Source: Candidatus Kerfeldbacteria bacterium (lineage in GTDB: Bacteria; Patescibacteriota; Patescibacteriia; UBA10025; JAHIVO01). Taken from it: DNA of 64,000 nt. Position numbers and translations under genes: made by a program. The notes under the pieces were generated by a model. It saw only the letters and a program-made list of their open reading frames with translations, was not told the DNA's origin and searched no databases. Below, one piece after another: positions 26,518-36,050 of this stretch. The stretch covers positions 119,654-183,653 of the forward strand of contig JACROE010000002.1 of the NCBI GenBank assembly GCA_016214565.1, read 5' to 3'. The stretch's first letter is position 1. Each line of letters starts with the position of its first letter.

Positions 26518-26576
26518 TATCTATAGAATTATATATATTCTATAGATAGGATACTCCCCGACTGCCTGCCTGTCAA
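26518..26576 (-). promoter_or_regulatory. Promoter with palindromic operator
   Basis: TTGACA-N17-TATCCT followed by TATCTATAGAAT-N7-ATTCTATAGATA. Confidence 0.7.
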
Positions 26577-26639
26577 GTACGACAAAATCAGCGCTGTAGA
26601 AAAGCGCCTGATGAATACGTTTGCTACCACATACAATCG

Positions 26640-26711
26640 TTACTCCCCGCAGCCACAGCTACCGCCGCACGGGCAGTCACCGCCGCAGCACTGAAGTCCA
26701 CGGATATGCAT
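26640..26711 (-). CDS. 23-aa six-cysteine peptide (metallothionein-like or RiPP-precursor-like)
   Basis: MHIRGLQCCGGDCPCGGSCGCGE*; TAGTAT 7 nt before ATG; terminator-like hairpin downstream at about 26584-26612. Confidence 0.6.
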   Translation of the reverse strand: MHIRGLQCCGGDCPCGGSCGCGE

Positions 26712-26721
26712 CAAAATAATA

Positions 26722-27801
26722 CTATTCATGGTTATCTGATTCATGGATGGATGTGACCGCTGCCGGTGTCTCTTGGCCATTGCCATTCACCGGGATAGCG
26801 TCTACCTTTTTTGCAAACATGGTTTCCCCGAGAGTCAAACCAAATCGGGATAAGTAGAACAACCCGATGCCGACCTTAACGAGATCAACAGAACGAAATA
26901 TTAGACTAAAAACAACACCTTGCTCAGCTGGATACCCAATCAAAGTAAAAATCAACGCCAGTCCAGTTTCAGTAGAGCCGATTGAGCCCGGGATTGGCAA
27001 AAGGAAAGTGATGACCGTTAACGTTGAAATCAAAATGATGTCCAGAAATGACGTACTCATGCCGATAAACCGGGTAATCAGCCACATGGCGGTCAGGGTA
27101 GACAAACCGCCCGCGATTGATAACCCAATTCCCTGCCAAAATACCCGAGTATGATTTTTGAAAAACTCAACAATAATCTGCTCAAAGTTCGCAATTTTCT
27201 GCATGGCTTTTGCCATGAAAGAAAAACGATGCAACTGTACAAATCGAATGATGCCACCAAAAAAATGTCGACGAGTCAGTGTACGATAATAAAAGAGTCC
27301 AAGTAAAAAGATAAAAGTGCCACTCACCGCAATCAGACCTAATACGATCTTTGCAGACAAATCAAAATAGATGAGGGCATAAAAAATGCTAAAAACCAAA
27401 AAAGGCAACGCATAAGAAAAATCCATCACTTTGTCCAAAATGATCGAAGCAAGCCCCTGCGCCATAGGCACACCGGTCCCCTTTTTCAAAACAAGGGCGC
27501 GAATCGCTTCACCGCCAATATTCGGTGACGGAGTAAGATAGTCACCGGCAAAACCGACGAGCCGAGAAGCGAACAGCTTCTGGGTAGGAATATCATACCC
27601 CTGACTTTTCAAAATCAAATGCCAGCGATACAGCGTAACGTAGAGTGCCAGGGAATAAAAAAAGACGATGACAAGCCATTTCCAGAGCGTGAATGATTGG
27701 ACGGCAATGAATATCGAATCCCAGCCTAACCGCCAAAAAACGCCGACAAATAATGCGATGCCGACCAGTAAGGAAATACCAAAGAATATTATTTTCTTCA
27801 T
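26722..27801 (-). CDS. Lysylphosphatidylglycerol synthase TM-domain (UPF0104) flippase-like protein
   Basis: RW..IL, P...IGGE..R, PG.IG.TE motifs; about 8 TM. Confidence 0.88.
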   Translation of the reverse strand: MKKIIFFGISLLVGIALFVGVFWRLGWDSIFIAVQSFTLWKWLVIVFFYSLALYVTLYRWHLILKSQGYDIPTQKLFASRLVGFAGDYLTPSPNIGGEAIRALVLKKGTGVPMAQGLASIILDKVMDFSYALPFLVFSIFYALIYFDLSAKIVLGLIAVSGTFIFLLGLFYYRTLTRRHFFGGIIRFVQLHRFSFMAKAMQKIANFEQIIVEFFKNHTRVFWQGIGLSIAGGLSTLTAMWLITRFIGMSTSFLDIILISTLTVITFLLPIPGSIGSTETGLALIFTLIGYPAEQGVVFSLIFRSVDLVKVGIGLFYLSRFGLTLGETMFAKKVDAIPVNGNGQETPAAVTSIHESDNHE

Positions 27802-27878
27802 CGATGCCTAAAAAAACGAGTGAACTACCTCACCCCCCTAGTATACTCCGAAATGAACTGGTTAATCAATCCTATGAC

Positions 27879-28688
27879 CTAGTCATTCGGATAGACGACC
27901 ACAATTGCCTTCCTGCCGTTATCCACGTCTCCCCCGTTCCAATCATGCATGGCGCTCATCACCACGTCGATATCATATATGTAGTTTTCGCCCTTACGGG
28001 TGCCGACGTCATTGGTAACAAACGTATCAGCCGTATATCCTCGTACCACAAACATATGATACAGCGGTCCGCCATTGCGAAAATTTGGATTGCCCAGTTG
28101 CTTGCCTGCTGCCGGAATAATAACGGGGCGCCCAGCGGCCACGTGGCGCTTAATCTGATCTATCGTCGGATCATATTCTACATCTACTCGCTGATATCCC
28201 CAATACTCCTTAATCACCCGAGCGGTTTCCTCGGCAGTAGTATCTTTATAGTATCCAAGGATGTCTTCCTCCCAGGCAACCAAGTCCAAAATTTCGCGGT
28301 CAGCAATTTCCGCGGAGAATGTTTTTTGTGCGTAGTAATAATGCACGGTTAATGCCGAGGCTTCCTCGCAGGCTTCCTGATACGGATAATCCCAATTCGC
28401 AAACGGTGCCTGAGTAGTAAAGGGTAAAGCCAGATTAAATTCATTTGGGATAGTGGTAGGTTCAGTGACGACTGAGGCAGTATTAATATTCTGATTTGCC
28501 TCCGAACCCGCATTGGCATTGAGGGCGCGTTGCTCATTGACAATCTCAGAAAATGAAACCGGCTCAGGCGCTGGCTCTGACATCCAATTATCCCAGACTT
28601 CAACAACCCGGTGCCGACCTAAATAAGCCAGACCGGCAACGATAAAAACAATCAGCAGTAAATTAAAGGTAAATAGGCCTTTTCGCAT
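27879..28688 (-). CDS. Membrane-anchored C39-like cysteine peptidase
   Basis: QAP..W....EACEEAS, HM.V..GY, NDVG. Confidence 0.85.
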   Translation of the reverse strand: MRKGLFTFNLLLIVFIVAGLAYLGRHRVVEVWDNWMSEPAPEPVSFSEIVNEQRALNANAGSEANQNINTASVVTEPTTIPNEFNLALPFTTQAPFANWDYPYQEACEEASALTVHYYYAQKTFSAEIADREILDLVAWEEDILGYYKDTTAEETARVIKEYWGYQRVDVEYDPTIDQIKRHVAAGRPVIIPAAGKQLGNPNFRNGGPLYHMFVVRGYTADTFVTNDVGTRKGENYIYDIDVVMSAMHDWNGGDVDNGRKAIVVVYPND

Positions 28689-28748
28689 ACGATAAAAATG
28701 GCGCTTATTAACTTCGCACTATACGCCTCTCTCAAATTTTAGTCAATA

Positions 28749-29705
28749 TTAAAACCAATCCTTGCGCTTAAAATACAACGCTAAGACATACACTGACACG
28801 ACCATTGAACCGATCGCCAACCAAAAACCAAAATGGGAATTCAGCATCGGGATATCCTGAAAATTCATTCCGAAAATGCCCGCGATCAAGCTCGGCACGA
28901 GAATAATAGCGCCCCAGGAAGTGACGCGCTTCATGGTCACATTCAGGCTATTTGATATCGTGGTCAAATGAATCTCAATGGCTGACGTCAAAATATCACG
29001 GTAAGTCGTCACCATTTCAATCATTTGGACAATATCGGAATTGAGTTCGCGAAAACCGGCCAGCTGATTTTGATCAAGGAAGGTGGCATACTCTTTTTCA
29101 ATGCCGGCAATCACGTCGCGATTCGCCACTAACGCCTTATGAATATAAATCATGCTTTTTTTAGTAATGAACGTTCGCTGCATCACCTCTTTACTACGGG
29201 TATAATCGAACATTTCTTCCTCAATTCGCTCAATCCGGTCGCTCAATTCGTCAATGCTCAGAAAATACGTATCCATAATCTCATCTAAAATTGCAGATAC
29301 TAAATGCGTAATTCCTTGCTTAAATATCCCATGCAGCCGTTGAGCTGAATAGGCGTAAATCCGATTAATACCTATACTTTCACGTTTGTGTACCGAAATA
29401 ATATCATGTCGACTTTTTGAGACAAATAAAATAAGCGGTGTGGTTCGCCAGGTATGCTCCACTGATTCTACGATATGTACAATAATTAATGAGTAGTGCT
29501 CCAGATTGCGCACTAGCGGCCGTTGTTTACGTTGTAACATCTGCCCAATCTCATCCTTCGATAATCCAACAAGTGCTCCAATCCGCGTCAATTCTTCATC
29601 CGTCGGAGCCACCACATCAACCCAAGCTGGAACATGCCCTTTGAGTGCGTCAAAATCAGCGGCTGCTACCGCCCCATCGCGTAATACTTTTGCCGTAATT
29701 GCCAT
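28749..29705 (-). CDS. corA: CorA-family Mg/Co transporter
   Basis: GMNF signature between two C-terminal TM helices. Confidence 0.92.
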   Translation of the reverse strand: MAITAKVLRDGAVAAADFDALKGHVPAWVDVVAPTDEELTRIGALVGLSKDEIGQMLQRKQRPLVRNLEHYSLIIVHIVESVEHTWRTTPLILFVSKSRHDIISVHKRESIGINRIYAYSAQRLHGIFKQGITHLVSAILDEIMDTYFLSIDELSDRIERIEEEMFDYTRSKEVMQRTFITKKSMIYIHKALVANRDVIAGIEKEYATFLDQNQLAGFRELNSDIVQMIEMVTTYRDILTSAIEIHLTTISNSLNVTMKRVTSWGAIILVPSLIAGIFGMNFQDIPMLNSHFGFWLAIGSMVVSVYVLALYFKRKDWF

Positions 29706-29715
29706 AATGGTAATG

Positions 29716-31614
29716 TTATTCTACCACAACTCCGCTATTTCCGAGGAGTCCCCACATCCAGAGGAAATGACTCAGCGACAAATAACGCTCACCCGCTAAT
29801 GGATCCATAACAATGATTTTCGTCGGCGCGGCGGCAGAGCCGACAAATCCCGTCACCACAAACGTGTGCTCGCCATTCACCGCGATAATATCTTTTCCTT
29901 CCGGCGTTTTCCAGTCAATTCGTGTTCCACTCCCGGCTGTTCCCCAGATAACGATGGGATGACCCTTCTGTATTTCACCTATTAAGTGGCCAAGCTCTCC
30001 GCCGGTAAAAGCGCGCGTGGTGCGATACGCCGATCCGGCTGCCGCAATCGGATCCCAATACACTCCATATCCCGTTGATGGCTGGTGGCCGTCGATATCG
30101 CCGACAAATGCTTCATAGGGATCACCCCAAATACCATTTGATTTTGGTGTAGGATCAAAACCAATTGCGTCAATCAATTCCTGTTCACCGACGTTGGCTC
30201 CGAAATAATTGAGCGCCATTTTCAGGGTGGCTACTTCACAGCTTAAATTATGGTCTTGGTGATCATAAACCACGCCTAATTTAGTAACGGAAAGTTCAGT
30301 AGAAAATGAAGATGAATAATCTGATTCGAGCGTCAAGCCGCCGGTTCCCTTCACCCCAGCGGCAATGGTGGCCGTATAGGTAGTATTGAAATCAAATGGT
30401 TCGCCAGGGGTGAATATCATCGTATTCTCATCCCAGCTCACGGTTCCGTCTACGGATGGGCTAAGCGACAATTTGGCTTCGGCCGATGCATGATCCACTG
30501 CCTGATTGAACCCAAACTGCAATCGGGCATTGACGCTGACACCGGTACTATCCGAGGTTGGTGTAGAGATAGCCACGCGCACCGGTCCGATCGTGGTGAA
30601 ACTATGCGTAGCGCTTTCCGTCAGGTAACCGCCGGTGAAGGTAGGCAGCCCTTCTGTAAGCGTCACCGTATACGTCATATCACGCTCTAATTTTTTTGGA
30701 GTAAAGGTTACGGTTCGATAATCAGTCGTTGCCCACGCTCCATCAATGCTGGGATCAAACGTCACATATGCAGGCAGCGATTCCATATCAATATTTTCTG
30801 AAAACGTGATCGTGATCGGCGTATTCAGCGGTACACCAGTGCCCTGCGGTGCAAATGAATCAATGCCCGGCGCTTCGCGTACCGTCCACGATTGTTTGCG
30901 AGCTACCACCGGTTCAGTTCGTGCGGCAATCTCATTGGTGCCAAACAAATATCGCAGTGTTTGCTGGCTGACGATCATCGTATACTGCGCACCCTGGGAT
31001 AATTTGCTTTTTGGCGTTACCACATAGGACTCCTGATCGCTGCCGGCTACCATATCAAATTCAATAGCCGGTTCGAATCGAACCGACCAGCTGCTCGTTG
31101 TTTCGATTGGTTGGTCAAAAGCGATGGTCCAGGAACCGTCAGCACGAAAAGGCTCATCGCTATTCGGCATAATGCTCGTGACAGCCTGGGCTGGAGGAGT
31201 TTTGAACGTCAACACATAGTCAGTCGGTTCAGTAAAAGACGGGGTAGCGCCGTGGACCGCGTGCAACGTAATTTCATAGGTTGTATCCGGCAGCCAGGTT
31301 AATTCCGGGGTGAACACCAGTGTGCGAACCAATTGATCGCGAATCACCGCTTCATCGTAACTGACGGTGCCAAATACCTGCGGGGTAATCGATACTTCCA
31401 CATCACGCGCAATCGGCCAATCAAAATTAATAACCAATGATTGATCAAGCGGCTGTATATCATCGACAATACTGATGATAGTTGGTTGCGGCGATTTACC
31501 CCCCATGACCACGGCGATTAACCCAACAAAGAGCATCGCGCTGACGATGCTGATAATAATGTAATGGGTATGGGTAAGTATAATTTTTTTTGTTTTTGTT
31601 TGGAAAACTTCCAT
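29716..31614 (-). CDS. Ig-like repeat surface protein with C-terminal C39-like peptidase
   Basis: TM anchor, about 4 Big_5-like repeats, Q...LSCE.A.L, HT.VV.G, DP. Confidence 0.85.
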   Translation of the reverse strand: MEVFQTKTKKIILTHTHYIIISIVSAMLFVGLIAVVMGGKSPQPTIISIVDDIQPLDQSLVINFDWPIARDVEVSITPQVFGTVSYDEAVIRDQLVRTLVFTPELTWLPDTTYEITLHAVHGATPSFTEPTDYVLTFKTPPAQAVTSIMPNSDEPFRADGSWTIAFDQPIETTSSWSVRFEPAIEFDMVAGSDQESYVVTPKSKLSQGAQYTMIVSQQTLRYLFGTNEIAARTEPVVARKQSWTVREAPGIDSFAPQGTGVPLNTPITITFSENIDMESLPAYVTFDPSIDGAWATTDYRTVTFTPKKLERDMTYTVTLTEGLPTFTGGYLTESATHSFTTIGPVRVAISTPTSDSTGVSVNARLQFGFNQAVDHASAEAKLSLSPSVDGTVSWDENTMIFTPGEPFDFNTTYTATIAAGVKGTGGLTLESDYSSSFSTELSVTKLGVVYDHQDHNLSCEVATLKMALNYFGANVGEQELIDAIGFDPTPKSNGIWGDPYEAFVGDIDGHQPSTGYGVYWDPIAAAGSAYRTTRAFTGGELGHLIGEIQKGHPIVIWGTAGSGTRIDWKTPEGKDIIAVNGEHTFVVTGFVGSAAAPTKIIVMDPLAGERYLSLSHFLWMWGLLGNSGVVVE

Positions 31615-31717
31615 ACTGATGTGAATTATAACACGTTTTTATACAAAAGTAAAGAGAAACCCCGCCATCAAGAAATGATAACGGGGTTAAAGGCTAACAA
31701 ACGATTTTAGAAAATGT

Positions 31718-33109
31718 TTAGGAAATAGGCACGCGCGGCCGACGGTTAGAATCAAGCAACCGATACGGTAAATGTTCGCTCGGATATGATCCAAGCGTCC
31801 AACGAACCATAAAGGTCACCGCAGTCATGCCACCGCCAAATGCCACGAACTCAACCAGGTCGCCCTCTTCCAATTCGCCGCACTGCCAGGCTTCATCCAG
31901 ACAAAGTCCACCAGACGCTGAGGTAGTATTACCAAAGCGTTCGATATTATTATGAACTTGACCGGCAAACCCAAACTCACGCATCAATTGAATTGGCGGA
32001 TTAATAATCCGCAAATTCGCCTGATGCATGGCGACAAAATCAATATCCGGAAATAACAGGCCAGCACGCTCTGCGGCCTCTGCCATGAGTCCGACCAGCC
32101 GGGGGAGTTCCCCATCGGTCTTCTTCTGCAGCAGCATGCGCTCGGCGCGTTTACGGACGGTATGTCCATCCATAAACATTAAATGTCGTTGATCAAAGGG
32201 ATCGATTATCATTTCCGGAGAAACCGGCAAAGCTGATCCGCCAGCTGGAACGACTATGAGGTCCCCCAGTGATGGGTCAGATCGAGCGAAGAACCCGCCC
32301 GGGATAAATGCGTTCTGCGCAATTGGGCATGCCTCAAGCACGGCACAAAATGCGCCATCCCCGAGGACGATGCGAAGATTCCGATTGTACGGACTGGCCG
32401 TGCCCGACATGACGTCAGCGCCGATCACCAGGCCTGATTTGTACTGGCCTGACGCAATCAACCCATAGGCCACCTGCATCGCCGAAGCATAACTGGTGCA
32501 TGCGGCAGTTACGTCAATGCAGAAAACATCCGGATTCTGAATACCGAGCTTCCCCTTGATCCGCGTGGCGGTCAAGGGAGTCTGTGGATGATCCGGCGTC
32601 GTTGTCGCGACCATGATGAAGCCGACGGATTCGGGATTAAGTCCAGAAACTGCAAGTGCCTGCTCCGCCGCCTGCTTTCCTAAATCGCTAGTTGCTACTC
32701 CAGGCAGTGCCCAGTACCGAGAACGGATGCCGGTCAAATCAAAAATCTTGTCCGGCAAAGCATCAAACTGAATCCATCGAGGATCTGCGTCCGTGGGAAT
32801 ATTCCCCCGATACTTCTGCCACAGCACCAGTGCCGTGATCTGATCGTCGGGGTTCAGCTGTCGCCAGTCAGCACTATCGTAGAGCGGCGCCTGATCGACG
32901 ACTGACGAAGGCGAAGCCTCCCAATTTCGTAAAAGCTGAAAGAGCCCTCGAAAGTACCGTTCATGACCAGCTAACGATTCGCTGATAGCTGGATTTGATA
33001 CAGCCCGGACCTTACACTGTTCATGTTCTGGATCAATAATATGCGACCCAACACCAGTGATCTCCACGCCCTGAATGACGAGCATGGATTCTTTCTGAAT
33101 GTGTGCCAT
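31718..33109 (-). CDS. fabH: 3-oxoacyl-ACP synthase III (FabH)-family protein with N-terminal insertion
   Basis: AACTS (Cys), GDGA, HQAN.RI (His), GNTTSAS (Asn), FGGG; AGGAG SD; own promoter and terminator. Confidence 0.85.
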   Translation of the reverse strand: MAHIQKESMLVIQGVEITGVGSHIIDPEHEQCKVRAVSNPAISESLAGHERYFRGLFQLLRNWEASPSSVVDQAPLYDSADWRQLNPDDQITALVLWQKYRGNIPTDADPRWIQFDALPDKIFDLTGIRSRYWALPGVATSDLGKQAAEQALAVSGLNPESVGFIMVATTTPDHPQTPLTATRIKGKLGIQNPDVFCIDVTAACTSYASAMQVAYGLIASGQYKSGLVIGADVMSGTASPYNRNLRIVLGDGAFCAVLEACPIAQNAFIPGGFFARSDPSLGDLIVVPAGGSALPVSPEMIIDPFDQRHLMFMDGHTVRKRAERMLLQKKTDGELPRLVGLMAEAAERAGLLFPDIDFVAMHQANLRIINPPIQLMREFGFAGQVHNNIERFGNTTSASGGLCLDEAWQCGELEEGDLVEFVAFGGGMTAVTFMVRWTLGSYPSEHLPYRLLDSNRRPRVPIS

Positions 33110-33183
33110 TCGCTACTCCTCTCAAAAAAAGTTTTCAAAAGTTCCTTATTTCTATTGTATTCTCCAAAAAATGGAGTTTCATC

Positions 33184-33244
33184 ATCTTAACCCTGCTGGA
33201 TTAATTGGTCAAATAAAAATAGCCGCCGGGATGACCCCGCCGCT
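33184..33244 (-). promoter_or_regulatory. Terminator-promoter junction upstream of the fabH-like gene
   Basis: Imperfect GC stem, ATTTTTA-T-TTGACC-N17-TAAGAT. Confidence 0.6.
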
Positions 33245-33267
33245 CACACTCAATGATTGAACAATAA

Positions 33268-33606
33268 CTACTTTTTCGTGATCGCGTTCGTAAACCACGA
33301 CATCACCCACATCGCCAGACCGCCCAACAGTGCGGCAATAAATCCTTCGACCTCAAACCCTGGCAAAAATGATGCTACCACCCAGATCAATAATGCATTA
33401 ATTACGAAAGTGAATAGCCCAAGCGTCAGGATAGTGATGGGTAAGGTAAAGATGATCAGAATTGGTTTAATAATAGCATTCACCAGCCCCAGCACTACAG
33501 CGGCAATCAGTGCATACCAGAAACTATCTACCTCAAATCCCGGCACCACATAGGTGACGGCAATGAGTGCGGCGGCATTGAGAATTAATCGAATGATGAG
33601 ATTCAT
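33268..33606 (-). CDS. Four-TM YvlD / phage-holin-4 family membrane protein
   Basis: LG.VNA.IKP.L...TLP...LTLGLF..VINA motif; start at MNLIIRL. Confidence 0.88.
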   Translation of the reverse strand: MNLIIRLILNAAALIAVTYVVPGFEVDSFWYALIAAVVLGLVNAIIKPILIIFTLPITILTLGLFTFVINALLIWVVASFLPGFEVEGFIAALLGGLAMWVMSWFTNAITKK

Positions 33607-33636
33607 AGAAACAAACTTGAATGCCGAGCTTCGGAT

Positions 33637-33665
33637 TTCCGCCAAAGGCGGATCTGCCTATGGCA
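33637..33665. repeat. Short palindromic repeat
   Basis: TCCGCC-AAA-GGCGGA followed by a degenerate TCTGCC-TAT-GGCA copy. Confidence 0.45.
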
Positions 33666-33738
33666 CGATATTCCGGGCGAGGCATACTATTGAAGGGAAA
33701 AGATGCAATGAAGGAAAACCGCAGGTGTTCCTTCATAC

Positions 33739-33816
33739 TGGTACCGCTATGGGGATTCGAACCCCAGTTTCATCCGTGAGAGGGATGCGTCCTGGACCGG
33801 GCTAGACGATAGCGGC
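33739..33816 (-). tRNA. tRNA-Glu (CTC)
   Basis: Cloverleaf GCCGCTA...CATCC-CT-CTC-AC-GGATG...GGTTCGAATCC...TAGCGGT-A-CCA; TTGATT-N17-TATACT upstream. Confidence 0.95.
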
Positions 33817-33907
33817 CTAATCGGTGTGCTGCAGTATAAATAACTTTTCCCTATTAATCAAGCGCCCGCCTATGGTGCCCGCATCCCCTTGTGCATGACC
33901 AATATAC

Positions 33908-34087
33908 TTACATCTTATTGTTCGCCTTTTCGAAGTACAAGCCGGCTAACATCGAAAGGATACCCATCTGCAGATAGAACGATGACGGAATGATAATAAC
34001 CGTATTATTGACCTCAGTAAAGAACGCAAAAACACCACACATCAAACCAAACACAGCGAATGACATGGAAAAATATTTCGATTTCAT
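33908..34087 (-). CDS. 59-aa two-TM small membrane protein
   Basis: AAAGGGGGTGA SD before MKSKYF; TATACT upstream. Confidence 0.65.
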   Translation of the reverse strand: MKSKYFSMSFAVFGLMCGVFAFFTEVNNTVIIIPSSFYLQMGILSMLAGLYFEKANNKM

Positions 34088-34122
34088 GGTATCACCCCCT
34101 TTCGTTGATATAGATAAGTATA

Positions 34123-35127
34123 CTACGCAGAACCCATTATTTCCAGGGCTAATTGCACTAATGTATGCGAGTACCCCCATTCATTATCATACCAGGCAAT
34201 CACTTTCACCAGATTTCCATCCACCACCTTGGTCAAACTCAAATCAATGATCGAAGCATGTGGATTGCCCACTATATCTGACGAAACGATCGGATCTTCA
34301 GTCACCGTCATCACACCAGCAAATCGCGATTCGGCAGCGGCTTTCCGAAATGCCTCATTGACCTCATCGACAGTAACCGTGCGATTCAGCAATACGGTCA
34401 TGTCTGACAGCGAACCAACCAGCGTCGGTACCCGCACCGCCAAGCCATCAAATTTACCCTTAAGTGCCGGAATGGTCTCTGCCGTGGCAATTGCCGCACC
34501 GGTCGTTGTCGGCACAATATTCACCGCCGCCGCTCGCGCCCGCCGCAAATCCTTATGCGGTCCATCCACTAAATTTTGATCAGCGGTGTACGAATGGATC
34601 GTAGTCATCATAGCCTTCTTGATGCCAAAAGCTTCCTGCAGCACCTGCGCCGCCGGCGCAATGCAATTAGTCGTACATGACGCATTTGAGACGATCGTTT
34701 GATTGCCCAACGCGTCACTATTCACGCCCATCACGAACGTCTGCACTTCACCGCCTTTGGGTGGCGCGGAAATAACAACCCGCTTGGCGCCCGCGTCGAT
34801 ATGGAGCTGGGCTTTTTCCTGGCTCAAGAAATGTCCGGTTGATTCAATCACCACGTCTACCTTTAGTTTCTTCCAGGGTAGGTTGGCTGGTTCCTTTTCA
34901 GAAAAAACGGGATAGGTTTTTCCCTCAACGACGATCGCCGAATCGGTATGCGTTACCTTCTTCGGAAACACGCCATAGGCAGTGTCGTACTGCAATAAAT
35001 GCGCCAGCGTCTTGGTATCAGTCAAATCATTTAGGGCTACAACCTCAACGCCTTTTTTTTCAAGTGCCACCTTAAACGCCGCACGTCCGATGCGGCCAAA
35101 TCCATTGATTGCTATACGAATGCCCAT
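34123..35127 (-). CDS. gap: Glyceraldehyde-3-phosphate dehydrogenase type I
   Basis: INGFGRIGR, SNASCTTNC, WYDNEWGY. Confidence 0.98.
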   Translation of the reverse strand: MGIRIAINGFGRIGRAAFKVALEKKGVEVVALNDLTDTKTLAHLLQYDTAYGVFPKKVTHTDSAIVVEGKTYPVFSEKEPANLPWKKLKVDVVIESTGHFLSQEKAQLHIDAGAKRVVISAPPKGGEVQTFVMGVNSDALGNQTIVSNASCTTNCIAPAAQVLQEAFGIKKAMMTTIHSYTADQNLVDGPHKDLRRARAAAVNIVPTTTGAAIATAETIPALKGKFDGLAVRVPTLVGSLSDMTVLLNRTVTVDEVNEAFRKAAAESRFAGVMTVTEDPIVSSDIVGNPHASIIDLSLTKVVDGNLVKVIAWYDNEWGYSHTLVQLALEIMGSA

Positions 35128-35168
35128 ACACGTGTATTAGAAATTAGTAATTAATAATTGGAACTTCA

Positions 35169-36047
35169 TTACACTATTTCATCCGCCATACCGACGCTGC
35201 CAAACATGGTCATTTTTTGTTCAACCACATTTCGCATAGCTTCGATAGACGGGGTCAAAATTGACCGCGGATCAAATTCGTCAGGATCATTGATAAGCGT
35301 TTCTCGCAGGGTATTGGTAAACGCCAGCCGCAAATCAGTATCAATATTAATAATCGCGATCCCCCGCTGCACGCCTGCCAACACTTGCTTTTTAGGCACG
35401 CCAGAGGCGCCGTGTAAAACAAGCGGTGTATGAGGAATCAATTTATGAATAGCTGCCAGCCGTTCGAGATCCAGTCCAGGATTGCCCTTTTGCATTTTAA
35501 TAATGCCATGCACATTGCCCACGGCCACGGCTAGCGTATCGATCCCCGTTTTTTCCACGAATTCCGCTGCCTCTTCCGGTTTTGTCATCAGTGCCCGGCG
35601 GTCTTCTTCGCTCATTTCTTCCAGGCCCTTCACCACCCCCAGCTCTCCCTGAGCATAGACGCCTTTGCGGTGAGCGAAATCAACTGCTTGCTTGGTGAGA
35701 ATAATATTTTCAATCAAGGGCATGTCAGAAGCATCCATCATAATCGAGGAAAAGCCCGCCTGCACGCATTCAGCCACCGAGCGGAATGATCGGCCGTGAT
35801 CTAAATGCAGCGCAACAGGAATGTTCCCTGCTTGAATGGTCGCAACCGTATGCACGATATTCGTGATCGAACGCAAACCAGCATACTCAATGCTCCGCTC
35901 TGACACTTGGAGAATCACGGGGGATTTTTTCCGCACCGCCGCCTGAACCACCGCCAGCGTGGTTTCTAAATTTTCTACGTTAAACGCGCCGAGTGCATAG
36001 CCATTCTCGTGCGCATGCTGAACTAATTTGGAAAGATGGACGAGCAT
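35169..36047 (-). CDS. fba: Class II fructose-bisphosphate aldolase
   Basis: LHLDHG, GNVHG, LVLHGASG. Confidence 0.95.
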   Translation of the reverse strand: MLVHLSKLVQHAHENGYALGAFNVENLETTLAVVQAAVRKKSPVILQVSERSIEYAGLRSITNIVHTVATIQAGNIPVALHLDHGRSFRSVAECVQAGFSSIMMDASDMPLIENIILTKQAVDFAHRKGVYAQGELGVVKGLEEMSEEDRRALMTKPEEAAEFVEKTGIDTLAVAVGNVHGIIKMQKGNPGLDLERLAAIHKLIPHTPLVLHGASGVPKKQVLAGVQRGIAIINIDTDLRLAFTNTLRETLINDPDEFDPRSILTPSIEAMRNVVEQKMTMFGSVGMADEIV

Positions 36048-36050
36048 AAC

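Noticed and set aside
33268-33606. Holin as evidence of a prophage next to tRNA-Glu
   Set aside because: This YvlD-type family is common in chromosomes; no endolysin, integrase, structural gene or tRNA-Glu end duplication is seen.
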